Shown: positions 1 to 10,697 of the stretch, piece by piece
Layout: each line of letters opens with the position of its first letter
Numbering within the stretch: the stretch's first letter is position 1
DNA from: an archaeon
Lineage (GTDB): Archaea > Aenigmatarchaeota > Aenigmatarchaeia > QMZP01 > JAFGSV01
Assembly: GCA_028279705.1 (NCBI GenBank)
Contig: JANQNF010000046.1
Location: forward strand, 17,019-81,018
Direction of reading: 5' to 3'
Length of the DNA stretch: 64,000 nt
The notes under the pieces: model-generated
Seen by the model: the letters and a program-made list of their open reading frames with translations, nothing else
Told to the model about the DNA's origin: nothing
Databases searched by the model: none
Translations under genes and position numbers: made by a program

Positions 1-41
1 GTTAAGATTTCAGGTAAGGATAGGTTGGAGTTGGTGCGTGT

Positions 42-800
42 ATGAAAATAGGCGATATTCCAGAAGAGGAGTGGGATGGATATATCAAATACCTTGAAGA
101 TAAGATGGCGTCCTTCGATGAACTCATGAAAGAGAGAAAAGTAAGCGATGATGAAAAGATGGCACAAAGCTATGAACACTACGAAAAGATGATAAGAAAA
201 TTGATTGCTGACGGTGTTCTTACAATCAGAGACATGAATTTCATAGAAACCCATGCTAAAGAGCAGGATGCTCAAAACATACTTACACTTGCAAAAATCG
301 GCGATGAAATAGTACCATTCATAAATTCCCCGGACGTCTTCTCTGATAGAGCAAAATGCTTTCTGGCGGCGTCGCTCTATCAGGCATCTTACGAAGCCGT
401 GTTCCTTATTCTAAGAAACATATCCCTCACAATCAATGCATACCACTTCAAAGAAACGGGCAAGAAGATTAAAAGTGATAAGGATATAAGAGAGAGCACG
501 AGTGCCTGCATCAAGGTCCTCTCGACATACTATGAGAAATTCAGGGACGTTTTCGACTTCTTGAACCCGGATATACGTGGTTCCATTGCACATTGGACAT
601 GGGCCATATTGGACGAAGGGAAGACGCTGCACTTTAAGCGTGGAAACATCAAAATCGGTAAGGAGGAGCTTGGAATGTACGTGGCCCGCACCGGGATGCT
701 ACTAAACATTATATTCAACGTATCAACGAAGCTCCAGCTTGAGCGTTCCCGGGCGCTTATGAAGCAACTCGAAGATGTGCGAAGAAGAAAGAAAAAGTAA
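42..800 (+). CDS. Hypothetical protein with HEPN-like RxxxxH motif
   Basis: 252 aa, helical; DIRGSIAHW matches the Rx4H RNase signature. Confidence 0.5.
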   Translation: MKIGDIPEEEWDGYIKYLEDKMASFDELMKERKVSDDEKMAQSYEHYEKMIRKLIADGVLTIRDMNFIETHAKEQDAQNILTLAKIGDEIVPFINSPDVFSDRAKCFLAASLYQASYEAVFLILRNISLTINAYHFKETGKKIKSDKDIRESTSACIKVLSTYYEKFRDVFDFLNPDIRGSIAHWTWAILDEGKTLHFKRGNIKIGKEELGMYVARTGMLLNIIFNVSTKLQLERSRALMKQLEDVRRRKKK

Positions 801-818
801 TTTGTGCCCCAAAGGTTA

Positions 819-2108
819 TTAATTCACCGGACATTTGACATTTATTGTGAACTTAGTTTCACCTATCTTCGTGTCCCATATGTTGGCATCAAGTATCATG
901 AAATAGTTATCTCCATAGATACGTGGTTCGCAATCGGTGTATTTCGGGAATACGCACGTCGCTGTACAATTCTTTCTATAAACTCTTAATGGAAACCGAT
1001 TGAATGTTATTCGCATAGGCAAATCAGGAACAGTTATGTTAAATATTTCAACACCCTCGCTGTCCAATGGTTTTGTTTCGATTTCAATAAAGTTAGCTAT
1101 TAAATACTTTTTACTCTTTGTTTCAATTCTGAATTCCAATGGTACCAAAGAGTGGTTAGAGAAATTTATAATTTTATATCCGTCTTCATCTCTTATTTCT
1201 ACCGTATCCTTGAGTGACCAATTGATAAGAGAGACGGTTTTCTCATCAACGTAATCTTCATCTTCTAGATAAAGCCAATTGACCATTAAATTTGGTGTTA
1301 TTGTTAGATTAGTTCTGGTATGATTCACAGCGTATACGTACCCCTCTTCGTAATGATCGTCAATGATCTCCAAATGATATAGTACGGGTTTTCCCACTTC
1401 TATCGAGGGGAACACAAATAAAAGAGGCATTAAAATGAAGAAGGAAATTATAATTATTGCTTGGATCTTGCTATCTATGAATTCTTTAAATGTAATTTTC
1501 GTTATTTTTTCAAAAGCGTCTCCCCATTTTTTTACACCGTCCTTGTGCATGATTCCGAAAAAACTTAATGTGACAAAATCAAAAATCAACGCTATAATCC
1601 AAACGACGAATATTTGTTTTGTGAAAACCGCATAGTGGGGGTTGAAGAATGATATTATGAAGAAAGGAAGTGATAGTATGAAAAGCATCAAAAATATTGC
1701 TAAACATTTTCCTAGATTTTCTCTCAGTCCAATTTTGTAATAATAAAGTGGCTTGTTGGATTTGCGTCTAATCATGAAGAAAGTTGCAGCTAAAATTCCC
1801 TGAGTAACCAACAAAATCCAGTAGTTCGTCCCGGTTCCTATCGGTGTTCCCGAAAAGAAATTAATTACGAGTTGGATTAGTGTTCCATTTATTCGTGAGA
1901 AAAAAATCAAATATATTGTTATTGTCACCGAGAAAAGTCCGATATATGCGGCCAATGTCGAATTGTCGATCTTCTCTTTACGTCTCCTATCAGGGTTTAA
2001 TTCAAAAAATATACACGCCAATATGACGAGAGAAAGGAATAGAGTAACCGGTAGTCCCGGGACATTCAAGTATAAATCGGAAAAAATCGGAATAATGTAG
2101 TCGTTCAT
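819..2108 (-). CDS. Multi-pass membrane protein with C-terminal extracellular domain
   Basis: 429 aa, about 6 hydrophobic segments in the N-terminal half. Confidence 0.6.
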   Translation of the reverse strand: MNDYIIPIFSDLYLNVPGLPVTLFLSLVILACIFFELNPDRRRKEKIDNSTLAAYIGLFSVTITIYLIFFSRINGTLIQLVINFFSGTPIGTGTNYWILLVTQGILAATFFMIRRKSNKPLYYYKIGLRENLGKCLAIFLMLFILSLPFFIISFFNPHYAVFTKQIFVVWIIALIFDFVTLSFFGIMHKDGVKKWGDAFEKITKITFKEFIDSKIQAIIIISFFILMPLLFVFPSIEVGKPVLYHLEIIDDHYEEGYVYAVNHTRTNLTITPNLMVNWLYLEDEDYVDEKTVSLINWSLKDTVEIRDEDGYKIINFSNHSLVPLEFRIETKSKKYLIANFIEIETKPLDSEGVEIFNITVPDLPMRITFNRFPLRVYRKNCTATCVFPKYTDCEPRIYGDNYFMILDANIWDTKIGETKFTINVKCPVN

Positions 2109-2178
2109 TTTTATTAGAAGTGAAAGAGTGTTTTTATTGTTACGTTTAAACGCGGCAATTTAACGGTAAATGTCAAGA

Positions 2179-5100
2179 TCAGGTTTTCTTTTCAGAAGAC
2201 TTTTGGTGAGAATTGACAACTTCTGTAAGAAGTCTCCTGATTTCTTCATTGCCTTCATTGGCTATTCTAGAACGAATTTCATCAAAATATTTTTTGTATT
2301 TCTTTGGGAGTTTCAACGACGTTAAAGATGAAACTCCGAGCCTTATGGCGTCGGGATCCGAACCCACTTTCAATAAGTTTTCAACTATCATGTGAATGTA
2401 GTTGTCCTTCAAATCATCCGTTAATGTCCCCCAATTTAAGACAATACTTCTTAGACTATATTCGTGATCAGGTGTGATAAGGTTTCTCTGTGATATTGTT
2501 TTCAGTGTCTCCTGTGCAATATCTTGCTTTTCCGTTTTTGTTATGTAACTTTTTGCACCCTCGAGAATTTCGTATCCAAGTCTTTGTGAATTCGGGTCAT
2601 TGGAAAACAAATTCTCCTTTATCTGGCTCACAAGTATTTTTTTGTTTTCTGCATCATTTCCGCATTTCATCGCATTCACTTTCTCGTAGAATAGTTTTCT
2701 ACTTCCAACGTCAATTTGTGGTATTCTAGAAAGTATTATTGAAATTGCACGTTTTTTATCTATTTGTGACCTGAATGATGCGCTTTCGAGCAGCTTGATT
2801 AATCTCTCATAGTTATTAGAATTTATGACCGCAGTGAAAATACTCATTCTGTTTTCGGTGTTTGAAATTTCCCATAATGCTTTGAAGAAGTCTTCAGCTT
2901 GTACACATCTATTGTTGATTGCGCCCGCGAATTTTGCTATAATATTCTGTTTATAATTAGGTATATTTTCAAAGACGTATTTTATATCATCCACAGAACC
3001 AACATTGTTAAAGAAGTTGGTTATAGAATCAATTGCACCACCGTTTTTGATACCAAGTATTGATACCATTGAAATGATTGGTGGCAGGAAGTATCTCTTT
3101 TCCGACCATGAATCGATCTTGTTGACACCTTCTACCAGATTTCCTAATAAAGCTTCAAGATTTATTCCTTCTTTTTCATCATCTATATGAATTTCACATT
3201 CGTTCAGAAATTTCTGTATTAATTCTGTTAAATTCCTTTTTTGATTTCTCATCGGTTTTAAATTTTCGTATTTTAGAAGTTCAACAAATTTTTTGATTAT
3301 TTCAATCGGAATATGTTTACTGACATTCAATTTTAACTTCAAGAACAAATCAACTTTTGAATTAAGTACTTCTATATTTTCCACGTCATTTTCAGAAATC
3401 GTTTGAACAAATTTGGAAACGGTCGCATCTGTAATAAAGTATTTTTGAGCTTCTTCGTTGTCTCTGAAAAGACTCATTATATTAATATTAGAATAGTAAA
3501 CTTCTGACATGGCATTTGCTATAGCGGATCTTTCTTTTTCGAAGAGTTGAACATTTTTGATAATCTCTGCGAATAGACTTTCTGCCCACTCATTACTTAC
3601 CTCTATAATCTTAGTTTCTTGTTTTTGCTGTTTCAATATTTCTGCACACATCTTCACAATTTTTGGTACCAGTAGCTTATCACATTTGTATATTATTTGA
3701 TTGAACAATAATGGGGGTTCTATGAATTGTATGTTTTCTCTATTAGAGTTGAAATATCCCGCGATTTTGTTATAGAAATTGATGTTTTCAGGCTCAATCT
3801 GGTACTTTTCTAGTGCGGGGAGAATGGATAGTATTACATTAAGTTGCGGTAATGTCCTCCTTTTATTATCATCTAAGGTACGCTCAACAAATGATAATAA
3901 ATTTTTCACACCTTCTGAATTTCCACGCAGTTTCAGTATTTCGCTATCGACAACTTCTTTCTTATTGTCAACAAGTGCGTTTTTTATCTCTTCCGCGTTT
4001 TCTAAATTCAATTCATCACTTGACTGTTTTAGATATATGAACGGTTTTATACGACTAATATTTTTTCTCGGTATTGACATGGTTGAAACAAGAAAATCCT
4101 TTAAATGCGGTTTATAATCTTCGAGAATATCTTTTTCCTCTTTCTCTTTTTGACCCTCACCAAATCTGCTAATTTCCGAAGAGTCCAAATTATCCCTCTT
4201 CATTTTTTCATAAGCTTTTGGATACTTATTCTCCAATATCAGAAGCTTTGTTAGAAAACTCACATCATTTGTTACTGCACCTTTTGGTACAATCAACCCA
4301 CATTCTTCTCTTTTTTTGGCAAGCATATAGCGGGATAACAAAGTATTGATGAATTGTTTTATTTCTCGTGGGTTGTTTCTGAATGCAGCTGTTATCACAA
4401 ATGCGACATTTCGATTATCAATTTCTTTAATTCCCGTCTCCTTCAGCAGAAATTCTGTGTAGGTTTGAAGATCCGTGTCGAGGAATTCTGGTATTCTTAA
4501 ATATGTATTAAAAAACTTGCGCAGAAATTCGTCAGCATCAAATCCTTCGCCTCTAATACCTTCTGTTTTGTAAATGTTTTGAAGATGATCTCTTATTGCA
4601 TCATCATCACACGGGATTATGAATGTGCATGATGCACGTTCTTTAGGGACTTCTAAGAATGTTTTTATTGTAGAGAGTAACTCTATAGCCTTCTCATGGT
4701 AGCATCGGTCCAAATTGTCTATTATTATGACTATCCTTTTCTTACCAATTTTCTTGACAATTTCTTCGAATTTCTTCTCAAATTGTTCAGGACTTTCTAT
4801 AGATTTTTTAGAAGTAGTCCGCTGGTCGGTTACAATCAAATGTCTTGATTCGCTAATTATTACCAGAAGCATAGGAATTATCAATGATTCCAGAAGAATC
4901 TCATTGATCCCCAAAATAGCCCTTTCAGAACCCCTGGAGAAAAAAAGTACAACTAATGTAATAACATAAGAGATGATAAGAAAAGGTAACATTCTCAAAA
5001 TGCTACTGAAACTAAACCTACTTTCACCTTCTGATGTCACAGATATCGTATTGTAAAAGTCATCTTCTAATTTGTATTCACGTTTAATTATTTTTTGCTT

Positions 5101-5406
5101 TTTCAGTTCATCCACTAGTGTTTCTAGAAAAGTGCGTCTTAGAGCATCCTTTTCATATTTCCAAACATCAAATTTGACAACAACGAAGTTCGATTTCTTC
5201 AACTTTCTTTCTAAGAAGTTACTTATTGTACTTTTACCAGCTCCCCACTTACCAAAAATTCCTATTGTGAAAGGTGTCGGTGATGTTTCAACAACCTTCT
5301 TTACGGTCTCTGAAATTCCTTCACAGTCGAATTTATCATTTTTTATCTCCTCACACTTCAGTGGCTGGTCGGAGAGAAAATTGATAGTTTTTTTCGACTT
5401 CACCAT
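2179..5406 (-). CDS. KAP family P-loop NTPase
   Basis: SDQP motif, Walker A GKWGAGKST, FDVWKY, two TM helices inserted, Walker B IIIDNLDRC, FLRKFF, NPREIKQFIN; long helical tail. Confidence 0.9.
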   Translation of the reverse strand: MVKSKKTINFLSDQPLKCEEIKNDKFDCEGISETVKKVVETSPTPFTIGIFGKWGAGKSTISNFLERKLKKSNFVVVKFDVWKYEKDALRRTFLETLVDELKKQKIIKREYKLEDDFYNTISVTSEGESRFSFSSILRMLPFLIISYVITLVVLFFSRGSERAILGINEILLESLIIPMLLVIISESRHLIVTDQRTTSKKSIESPEQFEKKFEEIVKKIGKKRIVIIIDNLDRCYHEKAIELLSTIKTFLEVPKERASCTFIIPCDDDAIRDHLQNIYKTEGIRGEGFDADEFLRKFFNTYLRIPEFLDTDLQTYTEFLLKETGIKEIDNRNVAFVITAAFRNNPREIKQFINTLLSRYMLAKKREECGLIVPKGAVTNDVSFLTKLLILENKYPKAYEKMKRDNLDSSEISRFGEGQKEKEEKDILEDYKPHLKDFLVSTMSIPRKNISRIKPFIYLKQSSDELNLENAEEIKNALVDNKKEVVDSEILKLRGNSEGVKNLLSFVERTLDDNKRRTLPQLNVILSILPALEKYQIEPENINFYNKIAGYFNSNRENIQFIEPPLLFNQIIYKCDKLLVPKIVKMCAEILKQQKQETKIIEVSNEWAESLFAEIIKNVQLFEKERSAIANAMSEVYYSNINIMSLFRDNEEAQKYFITDATVSKFVQTISENDVENIEVLNSKVDLFLKLKLNVSKHIPIEIIKKFVELLKYENLKPMRNQKRNLTELIQKFLNECEIHIDDEKEGINLEALLGNLVEGVNKIDSWSEKRYFLPPIISMVSILGIKNGGAIDSITNFFNNVGSVDDIKYVFENIPNYKQNIIAKFAGAINNRCVQAEDFFKALWEISNTENRMSIFTAVINSNNYERLIKLLESASFRSQIDKKRAISIILSRIPQIDVGSRKLFYEKVNAMKCGNDAENKKILVSQIKENLFSNDPNSQRLGYEILEGAKSYITKTEKQDIAQETLKTISQRNLITPDHEYSLRSIVLNWGTLTDDLKDNYIHMIVENLLKVGSDPDAIRLGVSSLTSLKLPKKYKKYFDEIRSRIANEGNEEIRRLLTEVVNSHQKSSEKKT

Positions 5407-5463
5407 AAGCGTAATTTATTAAGAAGGAATAAAAAACTAGGTTTAAACAACGATGCGGTGAAA

Positions 5464-6825
5464 TCAAGAATTTCCATATCTAGATAAGTATTCAGCCCAT
5501 AAACCCGGGCATCTATTTTCTGACGAATAGTTAATTCTAACGCTGTTAGGTGAAACAGAAGATGCGGGGACAGTATGTTGTATTAGAAGAGTTTTAGTTT
5601 CTTTGGGATCAAGATCTAGTTTAACGCAGAATTCTGTATCTCCATAGCATTCTTTTATTCTGTTGAGTTCTATTCCATCCAAACAAACGAGATAGTCTTC
5701 TTGAACGTGGACTCTGAAACCTCTTATTGGTAAATCATTCATATTTTTTATTCTATCTTCGCTTATGTGATAGTCAAGATTTGGGTCCTCTTTATATCTC
5801 GTATTTGTGGCATAACCTAGCAACTGTCCGTATCTCGCTATATTATATTCATGATCTGGTGAGACGCTTTGGTGATTCCACCAACGGTGATTTGGGTAGG
5901 CCAAATTTGACATTTCAATATCGGCCTTTTCCATTATGTAAATATTAAAGTTGACTTCCTTTGTAGAAAAGAAACCAGTGTCCAAGCTTACTCTAAGCTT
6001 ACCGTTACTGTCTTCTAAATCTATGTTTGTACTGCGGTTGAAATATTTGGTTGGAATTTTAATATAGGGATTATGTTCGTAAAGGGAACCGATTAGGTAT
6101 ACCTTCTGACTAGGATACCAAATTAGGTCATCTTCAAATGGTGAAAAATAGCCCGGAACTTTCAAATCTATATTATTGCCAAAAAAAGGTGCGACGGGAG
6201 CCTCTATCTTATAAGAAACCCTATGCACTGTGTAATATTCCCTGCCATCTTCAAAGAACTGTACATAAAGTGGTGTAATTTGCATATCGGACAATCTCGG
6301 TGTAAACAGTGGCTGAACTAATTGGTTTGATATTATTCCCGTAATTATCAAACCAGAAAAGAACGCGACTATTTTCAGCTTATCCTTGCTGTTTACTGTG
6401 AATAATGCGCATAATACGACAATCAAGAAAATAACGCGAATTATTATATCGATTTCCCAGACAATAGCTATTATTAATGATAACAAGAAAATAGCTATCC
6501 TGACCAGAGGCAATGAATTAGCAATTTCCTTCACGTCTCTTTTTTTGTTCGATTTTCTAGATTTATCTGGGATTTCTTTCGGGTTCAGTTTCCAAGATCT
6601 AAATGCGAACCAGCACAGAAAGAGGAATGTGAAAAATAATACAATGACCCAGAATATAAAATGGGCTATGAAATTCAAGTATCCCAATGGGTCTTTGGGA
6701 ACACCTCCACTTGCCATTAAAACTACTAAACCGGAAAAAAGACCCGCATAGACACTAATAACAAAATTTCTAATCCATGACTCATTATTTTTGAAAAAAT
6801 CCCCCAATATATTTACTAAGTCCAT
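5464..6825 (-). CDS. Membrane protein, hypothetical
   Basis: 453 aa with several N-terminal TM segments. Confidence 0.6.
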   Translation of the reverse strand: MDLVNILGDFFKNNESWIRNFVISVYAGLFSGLVVLMASGGVPKDPLGYLNFIAHFIFWVIVLFFTFLFLCWFAFRSWKLNPKEIPDKSRKSNKKRDVKEIANSLPLVRIAIFLLSLIIAIVWEIDIIIRVIFLIVVLCALFTVNSKDKLKIVAFFSGLIITGIISNQLVQPLFTPRLSDMQITPLYVQFFEDGREYYTVHRVSYKIEAPVAPFFGNNIDLKVPGYFSPFEDDLIWYPSQKVYLIGSLYEHNPYIKIPTKYFNRSTNIDLEDSNGKLRVSLDTGFFSTKEVNFNIYIMEKADIEMSNLAYPNHRWWNHQSVSPDHEYNIARYGQLLGYATNTRYKEDPNLDYHISEDRIKNMNDLPIRGFRVHVQEDYLVCLDGIELNRIKECYGDTEFCVKLDLDPKETKTLLIQHTVPASSVSPNSVRINYSSENRCPGLWAEYLSRYGNS

Positions 6826-6935
6826 AACTCAAAACCGTAATAATTTCTAAATTAAAGGTGTATAGAAGAGTTAAAAGTCTATGTTTAACCGTTGAAAGTC
6901 TGTAGATAAATATATTTCGTTCATTTCACCTGAAT

Positions 6936-7196
6936 TCACATCGAATCCTTCTTAATATCTGAGAACACTTCCTTCCCTTTATCTGTTAGAGCATATATTT
7001 TTCCCATTCTCGATGAAGGTGTTAGACATCCTATAAGATTTCTACTTTCGAGTTGCTTTAGTGTCCTACTAACTTGTGTTGTACTGGCATTGAGATTCTT
7101 GGCTATTTGTGATGGTGACTTTTTACTCTCAAGCTGCATGAAAACATTTTTTCTAAATTTGCCGCTCACTACAAAACTGTAGTTTTCTATGTTCAT
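6936..7196 (-). CDS. Winged-helix (MarR/ArsR-like) transcription regulator
   Basis: SPSQIAKNL...QVSRTLKQLE...YALTDKG. Confidence 0.85.
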   Translation of the reverse strand: MNIENYSFVVSGKFRKNVFMQLESKKSPSQIAKNLNASTTQVSRTLKQLESRNLIGCLTPSSRMGKIYALTDKGKEVFSDIKKDSM

Positions 7197-7282
7197 ATTT
7201 AATTCGATTAAGAAACTATAAACTTACCATTAACGAACATATAGAGAACAAATAGAGTACATTTATAAATAATAGATATGAA

Positions 7283-7507
7283 ATGATCATAATGGAAAGA
7301 AGAAAACAAGAAGAGATTGCAGTCTATATATTCTTGGGTGCCTTTTTCGGTATGTTTATTTGGAGCATCATCGGAAGAGCTGTAACACTATTCACAGTGT
7401 TTTTAGTTGCGTATTGGGTAATCAGTAAGAAAAGCCCGGTGTTTGGTTTGGTGGCAGGTTTTGCTACTGGTATGATTATTGGGACATTTGCTAACGCAGC
7501 TTTTTAA
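7283..7507 (+). CDS. Small membrane protein
   Basis: 74 aa, hydrophobic; TATA-like TTTATAAA upstream. Confidence 0.55.
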   Translation: MIIMERRKQEEIAVYIFLGAFFGMFIWSIIGRAVTLFTVFLVAYWVISKKSPVFGLVAGFATGMIIGTFANAAF

Positions 7508-7532
7508 CAAGTGAAACGTTTAATCCAAGTCA

Positions 7533-8402
7533 CTAGTAGTTCATACACTGGTCTTTTCTATATGGTTTCAGAGAGTAAAAGCGGTAGTCTTGGCCACCCA
7601 AACAATCGATTTCACGGCTTCCTAAAAGTCTAAACGATTCATGATAACCACTTTCGAAAGCATCCTGTAAAGATTTATGCTTTTTGACATCTATGACAAA
7701 ATTACTCAGTGGTAAATATTCTGTTATTTCACCAAGTGAATTTTTGCATACTATGGTAAGCTCCAGATTAACAAAATCGATACCATTGTCAGTCATTATT
7801 TTCGTGAGATCCTCGAACTTATCGATTCTGCGACCATAAGGTCCATCCTTTCTATCAAAATACCTCTTCTTTTCACGGTAGTGAATGAAATATTTAGGAA
7901 TGATGTCAAATTTTACCATCTCAGAAGATTTTAAAACTGTATTATAGTAACCGCTCCTCTCTGGATATGCAACCCAGCCGTTTTCACATATTCTGTTTTT
8001 CTGACCCTTGAAATTATCAAATAGAGTCTTAGGTTCGAATCCCCATTCTACTGATGCATGAAGCTTATCATTTTTCATTAAGTAGTCATTTATTTTCAGT
8101 CTTGATGTTGAAAAATTAGAGTAGACCCCTATCGAATATGCATCACCATTCCCAGCATTTTTCAATTTGAAGCTGACACGATTTTTTACAAATTTTATAT
8201 CTTTGACTTCCAAAAATGGATTCGATGACGCGTGATGAATTTCAGCCTGCCTTCTTATTAATTCCGCTTGTACATTACTCGTTTTTGCCAATTTCCATGT
8301 GAATAAAGCTAACATGATCGTTCCTAATGAAACTCCCATGTTGACCATGAGACTCAAGCCTGTCGGAGATAATCCAATTGAAGCTAGCAGAGATTCGAAC
8401 AT
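7533..8402 (-). CDS. Hypothetical protein with N-terminal membrane anchor
   Basis: 289 aa, one TM helix then soluble domain. Confidence 0.6.
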   Translation of the reverse strand: MFESLLASIGLSPTGLSLMVNMGVSLGTIMLALFTWKLAKTSNVQAELIRRQAEIHHASSNPFLEVKDIKFVKNRVSFKLKNAGNGDAYSIGVYSNFSTSRLKINDYLMKNDKLHASVEWGFEPKTLFDNFKGQKNRICENGWVAYPERSGYYNTVLKSSEMVKFDIIPKYFIHYREKKRYFDRKDGPYGRRIDKFEDLTKIMTDNGIDFVNLELTIVCKNSLGEITEYLPLSNFVIDVKKHKSLQDAFESGYHESFRLLGSREIDCLGGQDYRFYSLKPYRKDQCMNY

Positions 8403-8510
8403 GAGTATGATTTGAGTTCGTGTTTAATAACATTACGATCTCGTTATATAGTCAATAAGCTAAACTAATATAGAAAGCGCTAGAACTACTACTACGCCTT
8501 TTACTTGAAA

Positions 8511-8603
8511 CAAAAGCGATATCTTGCACCTCCTTTGAAACCTACCATTTATAAGTAGTTTTTGTCATTTTTTGTAAAAATAGCTACGTCAAAAGCGATA
8601 TCT
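8511..8603. repeat. 14-bp direct repeat CAAAAGCGATATCT (8511-8524, 8590-8603)
   Basis: Two exact copies in the intergenic region downstream of the putative rep gene. Confidence 0.7.
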
Positions 8604-8649
8604 ATCAAACCTGTCTGGAAAATGGAAAACACTGAAAATTTGCGTATTT

Positions 8650-9888
8650 CTATCCTATGTACGGTGTCTCAACATTTTCAGGGATCTGTATTTGTGCGTA
8701 GAATAAATCAAGCAGCGCTAATATGGCTCTGGAATTGGCTTCTATCGCCTTTTCATTACTTTCGTGCATTTCATATATTTTATGTGATGTGATCGGTCTA
8801 TCCTTGACACTGTTAAACAGTTCTTGTATGACCACACTATTTCTTATTGCGTCCTTACCGATGGTTTCCAGTTCTTCGAGGTTAAGGCTATTGTCTATAG
8901 TTAACCACAATCCTTCTTCATCATAGACCTCTAATTTCTCTTTCCTTCTTAGGTAGTCCTTTGCCAGAGCATTCTTGACGAGCGCGCAATGAGAGCTTGA
9001 AATTCTGAATCTGTAACCCTTCCCAATCTTGAATATGCCCGGCTGACATTTCAGCTTGTTTTCGAGTTTCTTTATTATATAGATTATCCTCGAAGTGGCG
9101 CTGACTAGCGCTTTTGGGGCTGTATCAGCATACCAGCTATTTGGGAGGTAAATCACTATGGTTTTGTCATAGAGCATTATTGTCTTGACATCAGCAATAG
9201 ATATGCGCTGGCCATGTTGTATAGGTTCAAATGGCACTTTTGCTCTTTTCAGAAACACAACCCTTTTAATCCACCACTTCATGAGACTTTTCTTAATTTT
9301 CAACACGACACGACAGTCATGTAGTCTCACGGTGTCACTTTTCAAACATTTGGGATGGGTGTGCGCCATAGTCACACGGTGTTCTTTTTTCAACCTTGTT
9401 ATTTCAGCTTCTGACTGTTCAACACCGACTATTTCCCATGTTCCATAGCCAACATTTCTAACCAAATCCAGCTTCTTGAGAAGACCTGTATGGTATTTCA
9501 CCACATTTTCTTTCAGTGTATTTTTCTTCCAGAGTTCGGAAGGGGATCCGCCATTCTTTATGTGTTCATATACGGTAAAGGTAGAATTCGACGTTCTTTG
9601 TTTTGTTGGATGTTCGGAATTGGAATTCTCAGAGATGTATAGACCACGATTTGCGCTTGTTATATTGTTACAGCTTGAGATGAGTTTCTTGGTTTTCTCC
9701 TTAGAGAGGTGAAGTTGTTGCGACGCTGCTTTGAAAAAGTCACTTCTTCGGACAAATAAACCACGCTTTGTTGCTTTCTTGGACTCTTTTGGGATTGCAT
9801 CCAAAATCAAAGATACTATGTAGTCATTACCCGATGGTTCATTTAAGCTTCTACGTTGAAGACGTTTTATGGTGTTCGTTCCTAACAC
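8650..9888 (-). CDS. Basic HTH-containing protein, putative replication initiator of the element
   Basis: 412 aa; wHTH-like segment (VVKYHTGLLKKLDLVRNVGYGTW), RLH and IDNS..EELET motifs; lies downstream of a CopG-like gene. Confidence 0.4.
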   Translation of the reverse strand: MLGTNTIKRLQRRSLNEPSGNDYIVSLILDAIPKESKKATKRGLFVRRSDFFKAASQQLHLSKEKTKKLISSCNNITSANRGLYISENSNSEHPTKQRTSNSTFTVYEHIKNGGSPSELWKKNTLKENVVKYHTGLLKKLDLVRNVGYGTWEIVGVEQSEAEITRLKKEHRVTMAHTHPKCLKSDTVRLHDCRVVLKIKKSLMKWWIKRVVFLKRAKVPFEPIQHGQRISIADVKTIMLYDKTIVIYLPNSWYADTAPKALVSATSRIIYIIKKLENKLKCQPGIFKIGKGYRFRISSSHCALVKNALAKDYLRRKEKLEVYDEEGLWLTIDNSLNLEELETIGKDAIRNSVVIQELFNSVKDRPITSHKIYEMHESNEKAIEANSRAILALLDLFYAQIQIPENVETPYIG

Positions 9889-9963
9889 CTCCCTTGGCCG
9901 GGTCTTTATTGGCCCGGTCGAGTTCCCATTTTACGCAAATACGAATGATATCATCAATCTTCA

Positions 9964-10110
9964 CTAGATCCCCTCCCTCCATACACGGTCAATTATCCTT
10001 CTCATAGCTTCGCTACGTGAGGTGGCGCCTATGTTCGCTCTTACGTCATCCAGCTTCTTCTTGTCCATATCGGTTAACGCGAAAGTCGAGTTCTTCGTTA
10101 CTCTTGTCAT
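9964..10110 (-). CDS. CopG/ribbon-helix-helix protein, 48 aa (missing from the ORF track)
   Basis: My translation: MTRVTKNSTFALTDMDKKKLDDVRANIGATSRSEAMRRIIDRVWREGI; SRSEAMRRII is an RHH signature. Confidence 0.8.
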   Translation of the reverse strand: MTRVTKNSTFALTDMDKKKLDDVRANIGATSRSEAMRRIIDRVWREGI

Positions 10111-10196
10111 GATTTTTATTCAAATCGAAAACTACATATTTCCTTTTTTTGCATCGATGCAAAATATTCAAAAAGCTGAATAGTACATTAAGTAGT

Positions 10197-10697
10197 ATGT
10201 TAAGTGAAAAGAACCAAATGTTACTAATCGAATTCTATAAGTCGAAGGTTTCGAGTAAACCGGTTCCGGAGTTTATAGCCATGCGAAAAGAACTTGAGAA
10301 ATTGAATGTTTATCACGGAACTTCTTTATCCAATGTCCTTAAGAAATTCAAAGAAATGGGCCTTGTCGAAATCAAAACATGGAAGCAATTGAAAGATGAA
10401 ACGGGATTAAACAAACTGGTTGATAGAGATGCAGTCAGAAAGTCGAGAAAGGATGCCAGAAGTTTGAAAGTTCTAATGAAAAGGAAGTATAAAGAACATG
10501 TTGAAAAAAATAAGAAAATTTCAGAGGAAAACAAATTAGAAAATGAATACAAAAACGCTATCATAAAAGCCAATGAACTTATGGAAAACGTTTTCTATAT
10601 TCATGGTAATGATCCAAAAGAAAAGAACGTATTGTTGACAAAGAAAGGGATATCAGTAGCCGAAAAACTATGCGAACTTCAGAAGCTACTTGACTAG
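10197..10697 (+). CDS. Winged-helix regulator with helical insertion
   Basis: SLSNVLKKFKEMGLVE...LLTKKG; divergent from the RHH gene; ATG at 10197 preferred over the TTG at 10149. Confidence 0.6.
   Translation: MLSEKNQMLLIEFYKSKVSSKPVPEFIAMRKELEKLNVYHGTSLSNVLKKFKEMGLVEIKTWKQLKDETGLNKLVDRDAVRKSRKDARSLKVLMKRKYKEHVEKNKKISEENKLENEYKNAIIKANELMENVFYIHGNDPKEKNVLLTKKGISVAEKLCELQKLLD

Noticed and set aside
2144..8430. Recurring GTTTAA(A/C/T) motif between island genes as cassette sites
   Set aside because: Short and AT-rich, also found elsewhere (about 39407 and 62054); compatible with promoter elements.
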